A stretch of 64,000 bases of DNA. It comes from Klebsormidium nitens. Its lineage: Eukaryota > Plantae > Klebsormidiophyceae. Of this stretch, positions 23,941 through 35,619 are shown one piece after another. The translations under genes and the position numbers were made by a program. The stretch covers positions 144,170 through 208,169 of the forward strand of contig DF237047.1 of NCBI GenBank assembly GCA_000708835.1, given 5' to 3'. Under the pieces are notes generated by a model that was not told the origin of the DNA, ran no database searches, and saw nothing but the letters and a program-made list of their open reading frames with translations. Every line of letters starts with the position of its first letter. The stretch's first letter is position 1.

Positions 23941-26900
23941 TCACGCCCCCAGCTCCTCCTCCGCACCTTCCTCCGGCTCCTCCACCTCTGGGAACAGCAG
24001 CTTGAGCACGGACATGAGCCTCGGAACCACAACTAGATCCGCGACATTTACGCTCATCATGTCGAATGCGACGCACGTGCGGTCGGTGAAGCTCTCGTCG
24101 ACGACCGGCATCTTCGGATACCGCTGGCTGAAGTGCGTCAGGATCGTACGGAACGCGCCCGCGGCCGCGCCAGCTGTCACCGCCTCGCGCGTCGTGCTGT
24201 GCCGCTTGGCGAGGGCCTCGTCCTCCAGCTCGTTGTCGAAAGTTGCCTGCAGAATAAAGGGGAGGGCTTCAAAAACAGGGCCCGGAGGATGGTTGGAGCC
24301 CGAAACGCTTCTTCCTTCCCCTTTGCAGAGAGCGGGACGAGGGCACCGGGATAGTCTGCAAATACTGGAAGAAACTTGAAAAAGGAGCACGAAAGTCTAC
24401 AGCAAGTCCTTACACATTTGGGATGGATTCGAGATCGGCACGCGGGCAGGAATAAGAGAGCGAGGAGGGAGTTTCTCAGCAGTGGCCTTCGCCTGCCGTT
24501 ATCAAGATGGTCAAACAAAACGAACCTTCCAAACCGACGCCCGAAATTCAACGACCCGTCCAACAATTGACAACTGCACCTAATGAAGGACCAAAGCAGT
24601 CCCTGTCCCCCATTGGAGCTGGTAAGAGCGCTTGAACCGTTATACTCTTATTTGACTCCCTGCTCCGTCCCCACACGACCGAACCCTAGACCTTTGAGAG
24701 ACACAGGGCGAGTCCCCTCAAAACTATAGAGGGTAGACAATGTTTCAAGGATACAGTCACGTTCCGTCTGCAAATCAGATTCCCAAAGCAAATCTCAGGG
24801 CGGAGCGTTACCTCGTGAATGAGGACCGTGGCCCCCTGGCTCGCCTCCACAAACCTGTAAGAGTGCGTGACTCGCGCGTTCTTTTTTTCTGTGGCTCCCT
24901 GATGTCCGCCTGGATTGCCCTTCGTACGACACATCCAAAATCTGAGAGATAGATTGAAGATCCGTCCAAGATAGAAAGACGTTGAATCTGCAAAGAAATC
25001 AAAAAATAGAGTCTCACCTCGTGAATGAAGGCTGTGGCTCCCTGGCTCGCCTCCACAAACGCTGCACACGGCCTGGTATCCCCCGAGTACGCTAGCTTCA
25101 TCCCCGGCCGCTTTTCCGTTCCCTCCGTTTCCATAACCACCCCGTACGACTGCGGGCAGTGAATCACCTCGACGCTAACCAGGCTCGTTAACCCTACCCT
25201 CGACATCGCCTCGCGCATCGCCGCGCTTTCTCTAGAACCGGTGTCGAGGTCCGCCCCGATCCCAGTGAACGGCTGGAGCCCGGTTCTACTGGTCACACTC
25301 CCCCGGTTGCTATCCCCGACCGTCTGCGCGCAGTCTACGAACACCATATCCATTTTCTCGACATTATCGTACGCGGTTAAGAAGCGCCGGAGCAGCCGCG
25401 GCGCGACCACGACGAGCGGCTGCGCCGGGAGGTTTAGGGCTTCGCGCGCCACCTTGCGCGCGGCGATGATGCGCACCAGCCCCGCGTGGTGGTCCGCGTG
25501 GATGTGCGAGATCCACACCAGGTGTAAATGCGCCACCACCGTGTCGCCCAGCTTGGCGCCGTACCTGAATCGGATCTCGAGGCTTTATGGCTCTGAATGT
25601 TCGTTTTACGAACACCTGAAAACTTGGAGTTTACGCGTGGTGGTCTTCAAGAAGTCCAAAAGGGTTACTGGTGCGAGCAGTACCTGTTAGTGTTTCTGTT
25701 TGTTGACTTTCCTGAGCCCCAAAATTTCTAGATCTCCAGGCCTGAGGGTCTCGTACTAGTCTGACATGTTCCCCGGTCGTGAAGAGGCCACCCGCAGTGG
25801 TCGTCCCGTTTCAATTTGTAAAACAGGGCGGTTCAAGTTTTGAGGTTGTTTGCAGTCAAGGACCGGAAAGGCTCTGACTTCACACGAATCTGTATAGAGG
25901 ATCAATCAGGTGCAGAATACAGGATAACGAAGTAAGAAAGACATGATTAAACACGCTTTGCAGAAAAAAGCCTTGAAAAAATGGACGGAGGTCCAACTAA
26001 ACCCGTCCAATTGGACGCAATATTACCCCGAATTGCTACAATGGAATAGACAGCCGTGTACGTGTTCAAAATATAGACCCGTCCTGAATAAGAATACGGA
26101 CAAATACGTAAGTCAGAGCTGGCACGAGCTGCAGCAAGTAGCTGGCGCTAGAATTTGGCGCCAACCAACCCGGGGAACGTGTCGTCCGATCAGCGAACAC
26201 TCAATTTTCCATCTGCTCGTATACTACGATGAATTGCCAAGACCCTCAGCCAAAGCCTTGGATCAGCAGGGTCTTATTCAAGCTAGACCCAGAACTCAGA
26301 AACTTTCTATTCCCTCAATAAATTTGCATGAACGACAATCACCCTCACCTCCGTTTCAGCTGCCCGTACGTCCCTTCCCCGCAATCCATCAGGAACCCGC
26401 CCCACGCAAACCGGTGGACGTATATCGCGCTCACGTTCCGGTACTTTGACGGCTGGGATGACCCCGTTCCCAGAAACACCAGCTCCATTTCTTCCCGACC
26501 CACCCCTTGTAGGCACTCCGGCACCGCCTGCTGCGACCCAGCGTCCGAAACCCCTAAATCTTTGTCCGAAACCCCTAAACCCGGGTCCGCAACTCCTAAA
26601 CTCTTGTCCGGAATGGTCAAATCCTCGTCCGAAACCCGCAAAGCCGCCTCCGGAACCCCTAAACCCGCGTCCGAACGCCCGCCGTCATCGACCGTTAGCC
26701 CACGCACCCTCCACGCATCTGTCGAATCGTCCACGTTCATCGAACCGTTACCGCCCACTTCGGCACCGTTGCCGCTCGGGCCTGCGCTGGCTCCGTCTCG
26801 GGTTGCGTCTTCCGCAAACGTAAGCAACCGGGGGTCGGGACCCGCGATCCCGGACACGTCTCTCGCCGCGAGGATTGCCTCGGGGGTCGCGGTGATGACT

Positions 26901-29900
26901 TCGTTTTGCAATTGTTCGACGTCGAGATTGGCGGTGACCAGCGATTCGTCGAGGCCTTGCTGGGCGACGGGGCGCAGCGTAAACTGCAGCGAACGGAATG
27001 GCGTTTAAATAAAGGCAACGGAAGAGCTTACCAGAAGCGACACGGAAGGGGGATACAGTGCGGTTTTTCGAACATGGTGCATAACAAGGCGTCGACCTTG
27101 TGACCAGATTACGTGAGGAACAAGCGCCCCAATGCTGTCACCCTCGAAGCAAGTTGATATCGACCATCATCGACGTTTCTTACATACTTTTCCGTCTGCT
27201 TTTCAATGGGAGTTTTTGTTGCAGAAAACTATATGCCCAGAAACGTCACAAGGAAGAGCAGCCCTTCTTGGTTCTCACCATGCGGCCTTATGCAGCCCTC
27301 TGCTGACATCATCCGAGCCGGTGAATCAGCAGGAGCAGTCCGCTGACGCCCGCCAAAACACCAAACACGGGGACGCAGTCTGGATGTAGAAAAATGCGAA
27401 GCAAGACCATCAAATACAGAAACACTGTACCAACTGAAAACCTAGAACCGAAGATAAGAAGAGCAAACCAGACTTCCCGGGCGTAGTCTTACTTTGAGCA
27501 GATTCTGACCCGGCACGAGGTCGACGGCGCCCGCGCTTTTCGCTACGTGGGCAGCGACCACTTCGGCGGCTTCGCCCGCCTCTCTCGCGGCCGCCTGCTG
27601 CTCCGCGGGCATGTGGAGGGGGAACACCTGCGAAGGACACGTGTCGATTCTACATTGGCTAGGCTTTGGAATTTTGAAGCGGAAACACTTGCCGGGTACT
27701 TCTTGAGTCAGTGAACAATAAGCTCTTGACTGAATCATAATCTGAAGCAAAGGTATTCGCGCTCTGCACCCGCACCCACCCAAACTGACCCCACCAGTGT
27801 TCCGGTGGCTCTTATGGTTCTTTGAGCTCACTGTTCATGGGTCATCGGAACGCCCGTCGGCGCGTCACGCAATCAACCACTTTCGAAGCAGCACTCGGGA
27901 CGGCACTAAGGATGCACTTCTTAATGTCCAACAACCTTTGCTTGAAGTGTTAAAAGTGAGCCAAGGGAAAACCGGACTGATCCTCAAAAGCTTGATTCAC
28001 TTCAGAAGTGATCTACACGCAAATCCATACCAGATTCAGACTCCGTCCGAACTCAATAGCAAAGGGGAAGTACCCTGCCGGGCCCTGCGTGAGTAAGGGA
28101 CTTCCGAGAGATTTCGGGACGGCACTAGAAGTGTAAATCGCCCTTCCGTTTGAATGTTCTAAAGTGCGTCATAGGGAGATATGAAACCCCGAAGCGTGAA
28201 ATTCTGAGCCCCTAACTTGGAGACAAGACTGAACCCAAACCAGGCCTAGACCCGAACCCAGACCGATTCCAAGCCGAAGCGGATCAAGATCCAAGATGGC
28301 ACCAAGCCGAATAGATTGAAGCATAAATCGGAACCCAACATATTATCTCATTCCGAAGCACCGACAAACCCTCACCTCTGGAGCGATGCAGTTCAGTTTG
28401 GCGGTTAACCGCATGCTCGAGATGTAGACGGGTCGGCCCAACCCGTGGTGCCCATAACCCGCGACCACGTGTTTGGCTCCGCCCAAAGAGGCCACCCACT
28501 GCTGATACTCAGGGAGCTCCACTACGGCCGGGGGGCTCAAGTGAATCACCACGTTAGCCTGCAAAGAATTGGTTTCAAATGAATTTGTGGTCATCTCATA
28601 CATGTACCGTACTGGCGATTGATTCCGGCACAGGCTCATGATGAGTTCGTAGGCTTGCCGAAAATTCTTGATAATGTCGAGAGGCAACAGCAATTTTCTT
28701 TAGCAGGTAACAAGGGGCCTGCGGGAGTCTCGCGGGTTCTAAGAAAGACTTGTGAGGTTGAAGGGGCCGCATTGGACAGCAGTAAGGTTTTACGTCCTTC
28801 GGAAAAGGCCGCCGTTGATTGAGGTGTTGACTATGCATCCTACTCGATGACCCGAATTTAGCAGGCGGACGTGCGATTGGTTGACCGAAAAGGCGGTGGG
28901 ACGTCTGGATGCCGAGCTTCTCATCACGAGGCACGGTCAGGCTCTTGGCACTCAAGGTGTGGCTTTATATCAGTGACGAAGTGCATCCCTCAAAACGGGC
29001 ATCCTTCAAATCGTTGGATCCTAAAAAGCGAGCTCGCGGGCCATTTCTTTCAGAAACGATTGATCACATACTTCTTGACTGCCCAAGCACAGAGGCGAGC
29101 ATCACTTCTTTCCAAAGACCTCGACCAAGAAGACCAGCCTTTGTTTCAGCGACTTCTCAACCAAACAAATGCAGATTAGCACCGGAGCCAGCATTAACAA
29201 TCTTTATCTTCACCTGCTAAACCCCGCTCTCACCTGCTTCCCACCCTCCGCCCCCTTTTGGAACCGCGCGAGGCCCTGTGCGCCCACCAACGCACCCAAA
29301 TGCGCGGGCGTCGGGCAATCCACCAGCACAAAAACAGGGCCCGATGTTGTCGGCCCCATCACATCGCTCGGCTTGATCACCTGCCCATTCGGCGCGGTCA
29401 CCGTTTCCCCCTGAACAAGCCGGGAGTAATCTTTTCCAGGGGGTAAGCCCCGGGCCTTCGCTTTCCCCGGGTCGAATTTACCCGGCACGTCCGGAAGCTC
29501 GCAGATGTAAACCACCGATAGCTTGGCGTCTTCCCCCCCGCGCGGAGTCGACGTTTCCGGGGGGGGAGTTCGAGGGGAAGGGGACGGGGAAGCGGAGCCC
29601 CCCCCTTCGAGCCGGAACCGTTTCGGGTTGCTTTCGAGGATCTCATCTTCCTTCCCTCCCGCTTCGATTTGTTCCATTCCCGCGGAAGCAAGTATTTCAT
29701 CACCCTCGGGTGCTAAAACGACGGAACTTATCGTCACAAAATCGTCACGGTACACTTCTTTCGCGCCGCCGGGAGCTGACCCCGAACTTCCGGGGGGGGT
29801 GGGGGGCTGGAAGGCAACTCCCGCGTTCGCATGTTCCGTCCCAAAGGGATCCCTCCGGAAGTCGACCGGGCCGAAACCCCCCGAAGAAGTGGTGGCTCGT

Positions 29901-32561
29901 CCGAGGCTGCCGTCGCGCTTGAAGCAGTAGGTCTGACAGCCAAGAGCGCGCACTGGGCAAAAGGCGCCCATTGCGTCGACGAGTTGGTCCAAAGGGGGGG
30001 GACCGTACAGGCCCATCTGCAAACAGGAAGCGAACCCCCCACTTCAGAATGGTTCTGAAAGGGCGACTGCAGCTGCAACGTACAAAGCTTCCGCGATCTC
30101 GCTTTTCATATGACAGAGATAAGTTGTAGAAGAAACACGCTCACAGACTAAGACGAGGAGGTTTACTTGGAGGTGCGGGTGGCTTAAATTAGGAGCAAGG
30201 GATCCCTCCGGATTGGAACGCTCGACACGTTTAACCCCTCCGCTTGAAATTCTTATTGCCAGAAGGAATATTAGACTCCAGGAAGCGAGAGTACACTTAT
30301 TGCAGCGCATCGAATCCAGGCTAGCGCATGGCCTAATTGAGGAACGACAGAAGTGCCAAATCAGGTTTGGACACGGGTCTCATGAGGACGAACTCGGCGA
30401 ATGGGGAGTCGAGTCGAGTGCCTCACCCCTAGGGGCGCTCCCGTTACCGAGTGCAGAGTCAGCAGGAGACCTGAAAAGAGAGAGTCAGAAAAGTCATGAA
30501 CGGTTTGTCGAGACCAGCTTTGGTCTCTGCTGCATCTGGAAGAGGTTTTGCGATCTGCATCAGAGATCGCACATCAGCAGCCCTGTTTGAGGGGGGTCAT
30601 TCGACAAAGGACCACCATGAGAGACTTCGAGAAGAATGGTCTTCCAGCATATGTTTGGCACGAACTTGAGGAAGTTTCTTTTCTACGAGAGCCACAGAAA
30701 CCGCAAACAGGAGAATTAGAATGCTCAATAACACCAGAGCCTAAACAGAACAGAAGGAGAAAGTAGATCTTACCTGGAAGCCCTCCGAATGTTTCTGACG
30801 AGACCCGTGAGAAGAAGAGGTGATTGAGCTGCGCCAAAAGACGGAGTCAATTTGAAGCTAAAGCGAGTCCTGAAGTGGTTCTCCTTTCCCCAAAAATCGG
30901 GAGGAGAGCTTTGCTTGCCTGGCCAAGCAATGAAAGACGCAAACAGGGTTTTCGTCATCCAACTGGGATTGGATTCGATGAGCTTACACCAGCATGACCT
31001 TATCAACCACTGGACGTTCGTGGAATACAACTTTCTAGGATATTCCCACAAACGTACACTTCTTAGAACGCTGGAAGGGTCCTCTAAACGTCATTGCAAG
31101 CAGTCATCCTTCTGCCACTTAATTTGAATACAATGCACCTGGCGAGGCATGAGATTGATTAGAGCAGCAAAATGAAGACTAGCAAGCGAAATGCGACAGT
31201 ATAATAAACCAATGAAGGCAAGAGCCGTGGCTAACCTTGCTCAGACGGACTTTGTGCTCAATGCAGTACCGCTGGAAGCCCTGAAGAGTCAAGGGAAGGC
31301 ACACTTAAAGACTTGGTTGGCAAGATTGGATCCACAAAAGAAGGAAGATGCATGTTATCATCAAATTCCTGAAGTAACACAATTGTCGAGATACAAAGCT
31401 TCAGTGAATAGAGGAGATTCAAGAAACTTTTTCAGGACAAGGGGCTAGTAGGGGTGGGGAGGTGGCGGGGCCTTACTCGAGCAACTTCGCTTCCTCATAC
31501 CTTTCTCTCCGGGGTTTTGATTGGTGAGGCAAGAATCTCATCTCTCAGAAGCATTACAGCACAAAGGCAAGCCAACACCAAGATTGCACACGGGGTTCCA
31601 AGCTCACCTCGCCAACATTGAACAGGAACCTTTTGTTGTCAAAAAAGAGGAGGACGCTAGGACCGGTGTCTCCGGTGTCCATTCCGGTGCCCAACACCTA
31701 TAAAGAAACCAAGCATAGTTCATTGGCGTTCCACAATTGAGCGTTGGAAAGCAACCGACATATTCAAGGCTAGCGCTCTTTGACTCTCCATTGTTCAGCT
31801 TAGCAGTCTCAGTCAGTGCGCCACTTCTGTCTGAGTCTCAACATGTGTCAGACTACGGTTTCCGCTGATCCTATGCCTGCAATTGCATCTGGTCAGGCTA
31901 CCTTACTAATCTCACCGAAAGCAAAGAGTATCTCTTCATTAGTAGAGGCTAGGACAAAATTCCGCAGATGACTTAAACGGCCAGCAGCGCCTAAAGGTGG
32001 TTGGAGCCAGCGACTCACTAGTGAGAAAGTTGATGAAAATGCCTCTATTGAACCTAGAGGGCGCGCAGAATTACTGCAGAATGCAGCATGTAAAGCATGA
32101 CTTGCCTGCACATAGCAGTTGTAATGCTGCGGCGTCCTGTTCTCCCCCTTTCCATCCCTTTTCGCGGTTGCCGCCCCGGCCGCCGCCGCCTGGTTTCCTT
32201 TCGCACGCCCCATTGCAACACCAGCGCGCACCACCGAAGCAGACGCACTAAAACCGCCGGCACTAGTTACTTGCCGCCCGAATCCAAACTCAGAGGCGCC
32301 GCCAAAGAAAGAAGTTTTACGGGCAGGTTGAAAGTGGGAACCGAGCAGCCGCCCGCTGACGTGCTTGATGTGCCGAGTGGTCGCGCCCCAGGGCAATCTC
32401 TGCAGGAAGGACGCCGTTTTGAGGGGCTCTTTTGCCGTGCTGCTAAATGAACCTGTGATGCTCGAATGCTGAGCGTAAGTTGGAGGATTGGTGGCGCCTT
32501 TAGAAGGGAGTGCGGATGAAAGTAGGGGCGGCCCAACTATGAAGGGCGCTGGACAGGACAT
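23941..32561 (-). CDS. ELAC2: tRNase Z, long form (ELAC2/TRZ3-4-like metallo-beta-lactamase, tRNA 3' endonuclease), 11 exons, 1092 aa
   Basis: Exons 32561-32106, 31697-31608, 31280-31236, 30828-30774, 30470-30427, 30016-29234, 28558-28376, 27627-27493, 26983-26349, 25564-25018, 24246-23941 (3279 nt). Motifs VLGTGMD, FNVGEGFQRYC, flexible arm GKFDPGKAKARGLPPG, FLGTGSSQPSKYRNVS, DCGEGT, SHIHADHHAG, YSGDTRP, HE|ATF, LTHFSQRYPK. Intron 1 has a GC donor (CAG|GCAAGT at 32105). Confidence 0.93.
24812..24854 (-). repeat. Intronic 43-nt copy of the 3' end of tRNase Z exon 10, flanked by its own acceptor and donor
   Basis: ttacag|gtttgtggaggcgagccagggggccacggtcctcattcacgag|gtaacg (FVEASQGATVLIHE) versus the exon end FVEASQGATAFIHE|gtgaga at 25018. 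Confidence 0.85.
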
Positions 32562-32886
32562 GAGGCCGCCTTCTTCCAATACGTTAACAGACCACTTTGA
32601 TTCTTTGAACAATGCTGAGCTTCGAGTGTTTCTGCATTTCCGGAGGGACGGTACCCTTGGGTCCCGTAGCTCGCGGCACTACGGGGCGGCGGTACGTACC
32701 CAGAACGTACCCAGAGGCCTGCAAATCTTCCCGAAACCCTGGGCGGCCGCGTGGCGCCCCCGCGCCGCCGTCGAGCCGCGGCTTATAGCTGATCCCAGCC
32801 TGCGCATTTTAAATACAGTCCTTCCAAGGGATGCTCCCCAGCCTCGCAGATGGCCTTAAGGCAATAGGAATCGGCGTTTGAATGAA

Positions 32887-33258
32887 ATGGACGCCGCTAC
32901 GGCGCCGCCAGGGCAACCTCAGCCGACACTCTCCCAACCAAAGTCGGTACGGGCGCATGAGTATACTGAATCATATACCCCAAGAGTCGACGAGATGTAC
33001 CCAAACGAGTTCCTCCATTACGGCTTGATGATGGCCTTGGCTCATAGAAAGGAGAAGGAACGACAGGCGGGGGAGGCAGCTGAGCAGGCAAAGGAGCTGG
33101 CAAGGAAAAGGTGTATAGCCGAGAAGAAACTGGCAAGGCAGAAGTATATAGCCGAGAGAGTTGCCTCGGCGCGGCGACTATTGGGGGCTTGTTGCCACTT
33201 TAAATCCACGAGAGGAAAGAATTGCGGCAGGGAGCTGGACATGCAGACTGAAAAATGA
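32887..33258 (+). CDS. Orphan intronless charged/coiled-coil protein, family copy 1, 123 aa
   Basis: MDAATAPPGQP..PRVDEMYPNE..RKEKERQAGEAAEQAKELARK..AEKKLARQK..RRLLGACC. Homologous to copies at 34510-34875 and 35245-35619, with conserved upstream motif aaaccctgggcggccgc at 32734. Confidence 0.65.
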   Translation: MDAATAPPGQPQPTLSQPKSVRAHEYTESYTPRVDEMYPNEFLHYGLMMALAHRKEKERQAGEAAEQAKELARKRCIAEKKLARQKYIAERVASARRLLGACCHFKSTRGKNCGRELDMQTEK

Positions 33259-34509
33259 GGCTCACCTTGTTAGTACTCAGTAATGATAGTAATGCAAGTA
33301 TAAGCTGGTGCCTTTTAAAGGTTGGAATTTGTTAGACCGTAACGAATGCCCAACGAATGTCTATCGTGTACAGCGCGCTTTGGCTCTTGGACGTTTCTCC
33401 CTGTTTGAAGTTGCTTCAAATTCTCTCAAAGGCGAGCTGAAGCATAACATTGCAGATGGTTCCTTTGACAGCCCCTTTTGTATCGGCCTGATCACGTCAA
33501 GCGGTGACGGCTATGGTCCTGGAATCCTGGGCGTTCAGGTCGCGCCATGCACCCAAGGATCCGGCTTAATCTTTTTAAGTCTTATTGTCAGCTTGCCATA
33601 GTACAGAATTACCGTTGCGGTCCCAGTTCAACGCTCAGGAAGCATCTGTGGTCGGCTGCACATGCTGCATGAGGACGGCCTGTATAACGGCCCGACTGCG
33701 CCTCTATATATGCTGCTTGCAGCGTGTTGCCGTTTGTTTAGACTCGAATGACTGTACCTCTCTGCATTTGTTTTCGAATGTTGGTTCAAGTGCACTGCAG
33801 CCACCTTTGAACCTAGGATGAGCGGGGCAAGAGCATGATTGTCTGGGCTTTGCCGAAGGTTTCACAACAACGTCAAATAAGCACTTGTTGACCGTAAAAC
33901 TCGGTCAAACAGTGCTCGGTTGCGGCATCAAGATTGAAGGGGATCTAAATCCAATGTTGCTGAGCTTTTTGTTTCAGATGTTGGACTTGGAGGTACGTGT
34001 TATACGGTATAGCTATCTCGCAAGCACCTGGATGACGTGTTTAGCGGCACCTCATTTCGAAAGAGCCGATGAATTGTTAGAAACTATGGTTCCAGCTCCC
34101 ACATGCAGCTTACTAAAAATGGTCACCAAGCAATGAGCTCGGGCCGGCAATCTTCACCACTTTGTACCATGGCACTGCCCACAGTTTGCTCTTGAGTCAT
34201 ACTATGCACAACTTACGACAGTTGGTAAGACTGCAGGTTGCTCGACTCGTCCAAGTGGAAAGGAGAGGCGAAAGTGAATTGCTTCGCCGTTACTGCTTGT
34301 TGTTATAGACATGAAAGATCATTTGCAAACATTCCTCTAGAAGAATCCAAAGAAAGTTCGACCAGGGACGTACTTCGACAAAGAGCGCACAGTCGCAGTA
34401 CAGCGGCACGGAGTGACCGTTTCTACTGGATTATGTAGATCAACATTGAATGCATCCGTGCAAGGCATCAGTGCAGACTGTATGGTTAGTACCTACACGA
34501 TCAGTCTTT

Positions 34510-34875
34510 TCATGTTCTGTTTGTCCGGCTCCCTTCCTGAGTCTTTCTAGCATTTTTGTGGGGCCAGCAAGCCCCCAAGAACCGCCGCACCAAGGCCATC
34601 TTCTCCGCTCTATGCTTTTGCCTCGCTAGCTTCTTCTCGGCTTTCTCCTTTTGCCTTGCCAGCTCCTTCGCCTGCTTAGCTACCTCCTCCGCCTGTCGTT
34701 CCATCTTCTTTCTTCTAGCCACGGCGACTGCCAGCTCGAGCTGGCGGCACTCGTTTGGGTACATCTCATCGGCTCTGGGTTTGTAACGTCTAGTAGAAGT
34801 CGAAGTTGCTTGGCACAACGCCTTTGTCTTCGTAGCCTCCTGTTGCCGCCCTGGCGGCACGGTCGCGGCATCCAT
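34510..34875 (-). CDS. Orphan intronless charged/coiled-coil protein, family copy 2, 121 aa
   Basis: MDAATVPPGRQ..PRADEMYPNE..RKKMERQAEEVAKQAKELARQKEKAEKKLARQK..RRFLGACW. The open frame is retained despite clear divergence from copy 1. Confidence 0.65.
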   Translation of the reverse strand: MDAATVPPGRQQEATKTKALCQATSTSTRRYKPRADEMYPNECRQLELAVAVARRKKMERQAEEVAKQAKELARQKEKAEKKLARQKHRAEKMALVRRFLGACWPHKNARKTQEGSRTNRT

Positions 34876-35030
34876 TTTCAGAAACTGTGACACCGTCGCC
34901 AAGATCTTGAAGGCTGCGAATCTGAGCAGCAGTATTTTATGGAACCCTCGGAGGCGGGAAGCTAGCTATATAGCCGGGGTGGCGGCAGGCAAACCACGGC
35001 CGCGCACGCGACTAGCGGCTCGGCCCCCTC

Positions 35031-35119
35031 GCGGCCGCCCAGGGTTTAGGGCAACTTTGCAGTCTTAAAAGACCTGGTGTGCTACCTGAAGTCAAACCTG
35101 GCTTAAACCCTGGGTGGCC
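35031..35119. promoter_or_regulatory. Inverted pair of telo-box-like AAACCCTGGG(C/T)GGCC motifs in the bidirectional spacer of orphan copies 2 and 3
   Basis: gcggccgcccagggttt at 35031-35047 (minus) and aaaccctgggtggcc at 35105-35119 (plus). The same motif is at 32734-32750. Each lies 140-172 nt upstream of a family ATG. Confidence 0.5.
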
Positions 35120-35244
35120 TGCCGAGGTCGCGGCCGTAGGCATGCCGTCTCCCCCCAATTTCTCCTCTTCAAGGACCTAGGATGCTGCACAACTTTGCCA
35201 GCTTATGAGAAGCCTTCAGAGCGTTAGCCACCGCACCTTACAGA

Positions 35245-35619
35245 ATGGATGCGACGATGGCGCCGCCAGGGCAACCTATGCAGACACTGTCCCAACCTGG
35301 CAGACTCTACGTTAAGCCTTGTAACCCTAGAACCAGCAAGATGTACCCAGACTTATGACACCAGTTCGAAATAATAGCCGACCGTGCTATTGAACGTAAG
35401 AAGGAACGAGCGGCGAAGGAGGCAGAGAAGCAGGAAAAGGAGCTAGCGAGGCAACAGTATGTAGCCGAGAAGAAGCTGGCGAGGCAAGAGTATGTAGCTA
35501 AGAAGAAGGCTTCAGTGCGGCGGCTGTTTGGGGCCTGTTGCCCATCAATAGGAAGAAAGATTTCTGGCACAGAGCTGGTCAGACATCCCGAAAAGGCTGA
35601 CCTTGTTAGTACTGGCTGA
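35245..35619 (+). pseudogene. Orphan family copy 3 with an in-frame premature TGA
   Basis: MDATMAPPGQP..PRTSKMYPDL* (TGA 35356-35358), then the same frame continues ..RKKERAAKEAEKQEKELARQ..AEKKLARQE..RRLFGACC to TGA at 35617-35619. Confidence 0.6.

Noticed and set aside
24612-24680. tggagctggtaagagcg resembles a tRNA D-arm/A-box inside a tRNase Z intron
   Set aside because: No T-arm GTTCRA at the proper distance and no acceptor-stem pairing.
26328-27008. 226-aa plus-strand ORF, and similar ones at 24002-24379, 25241-25690 and 29523-29930
   Set aside because: Antisense to tRNase Z exons. Explained by GC-rich codon usage.
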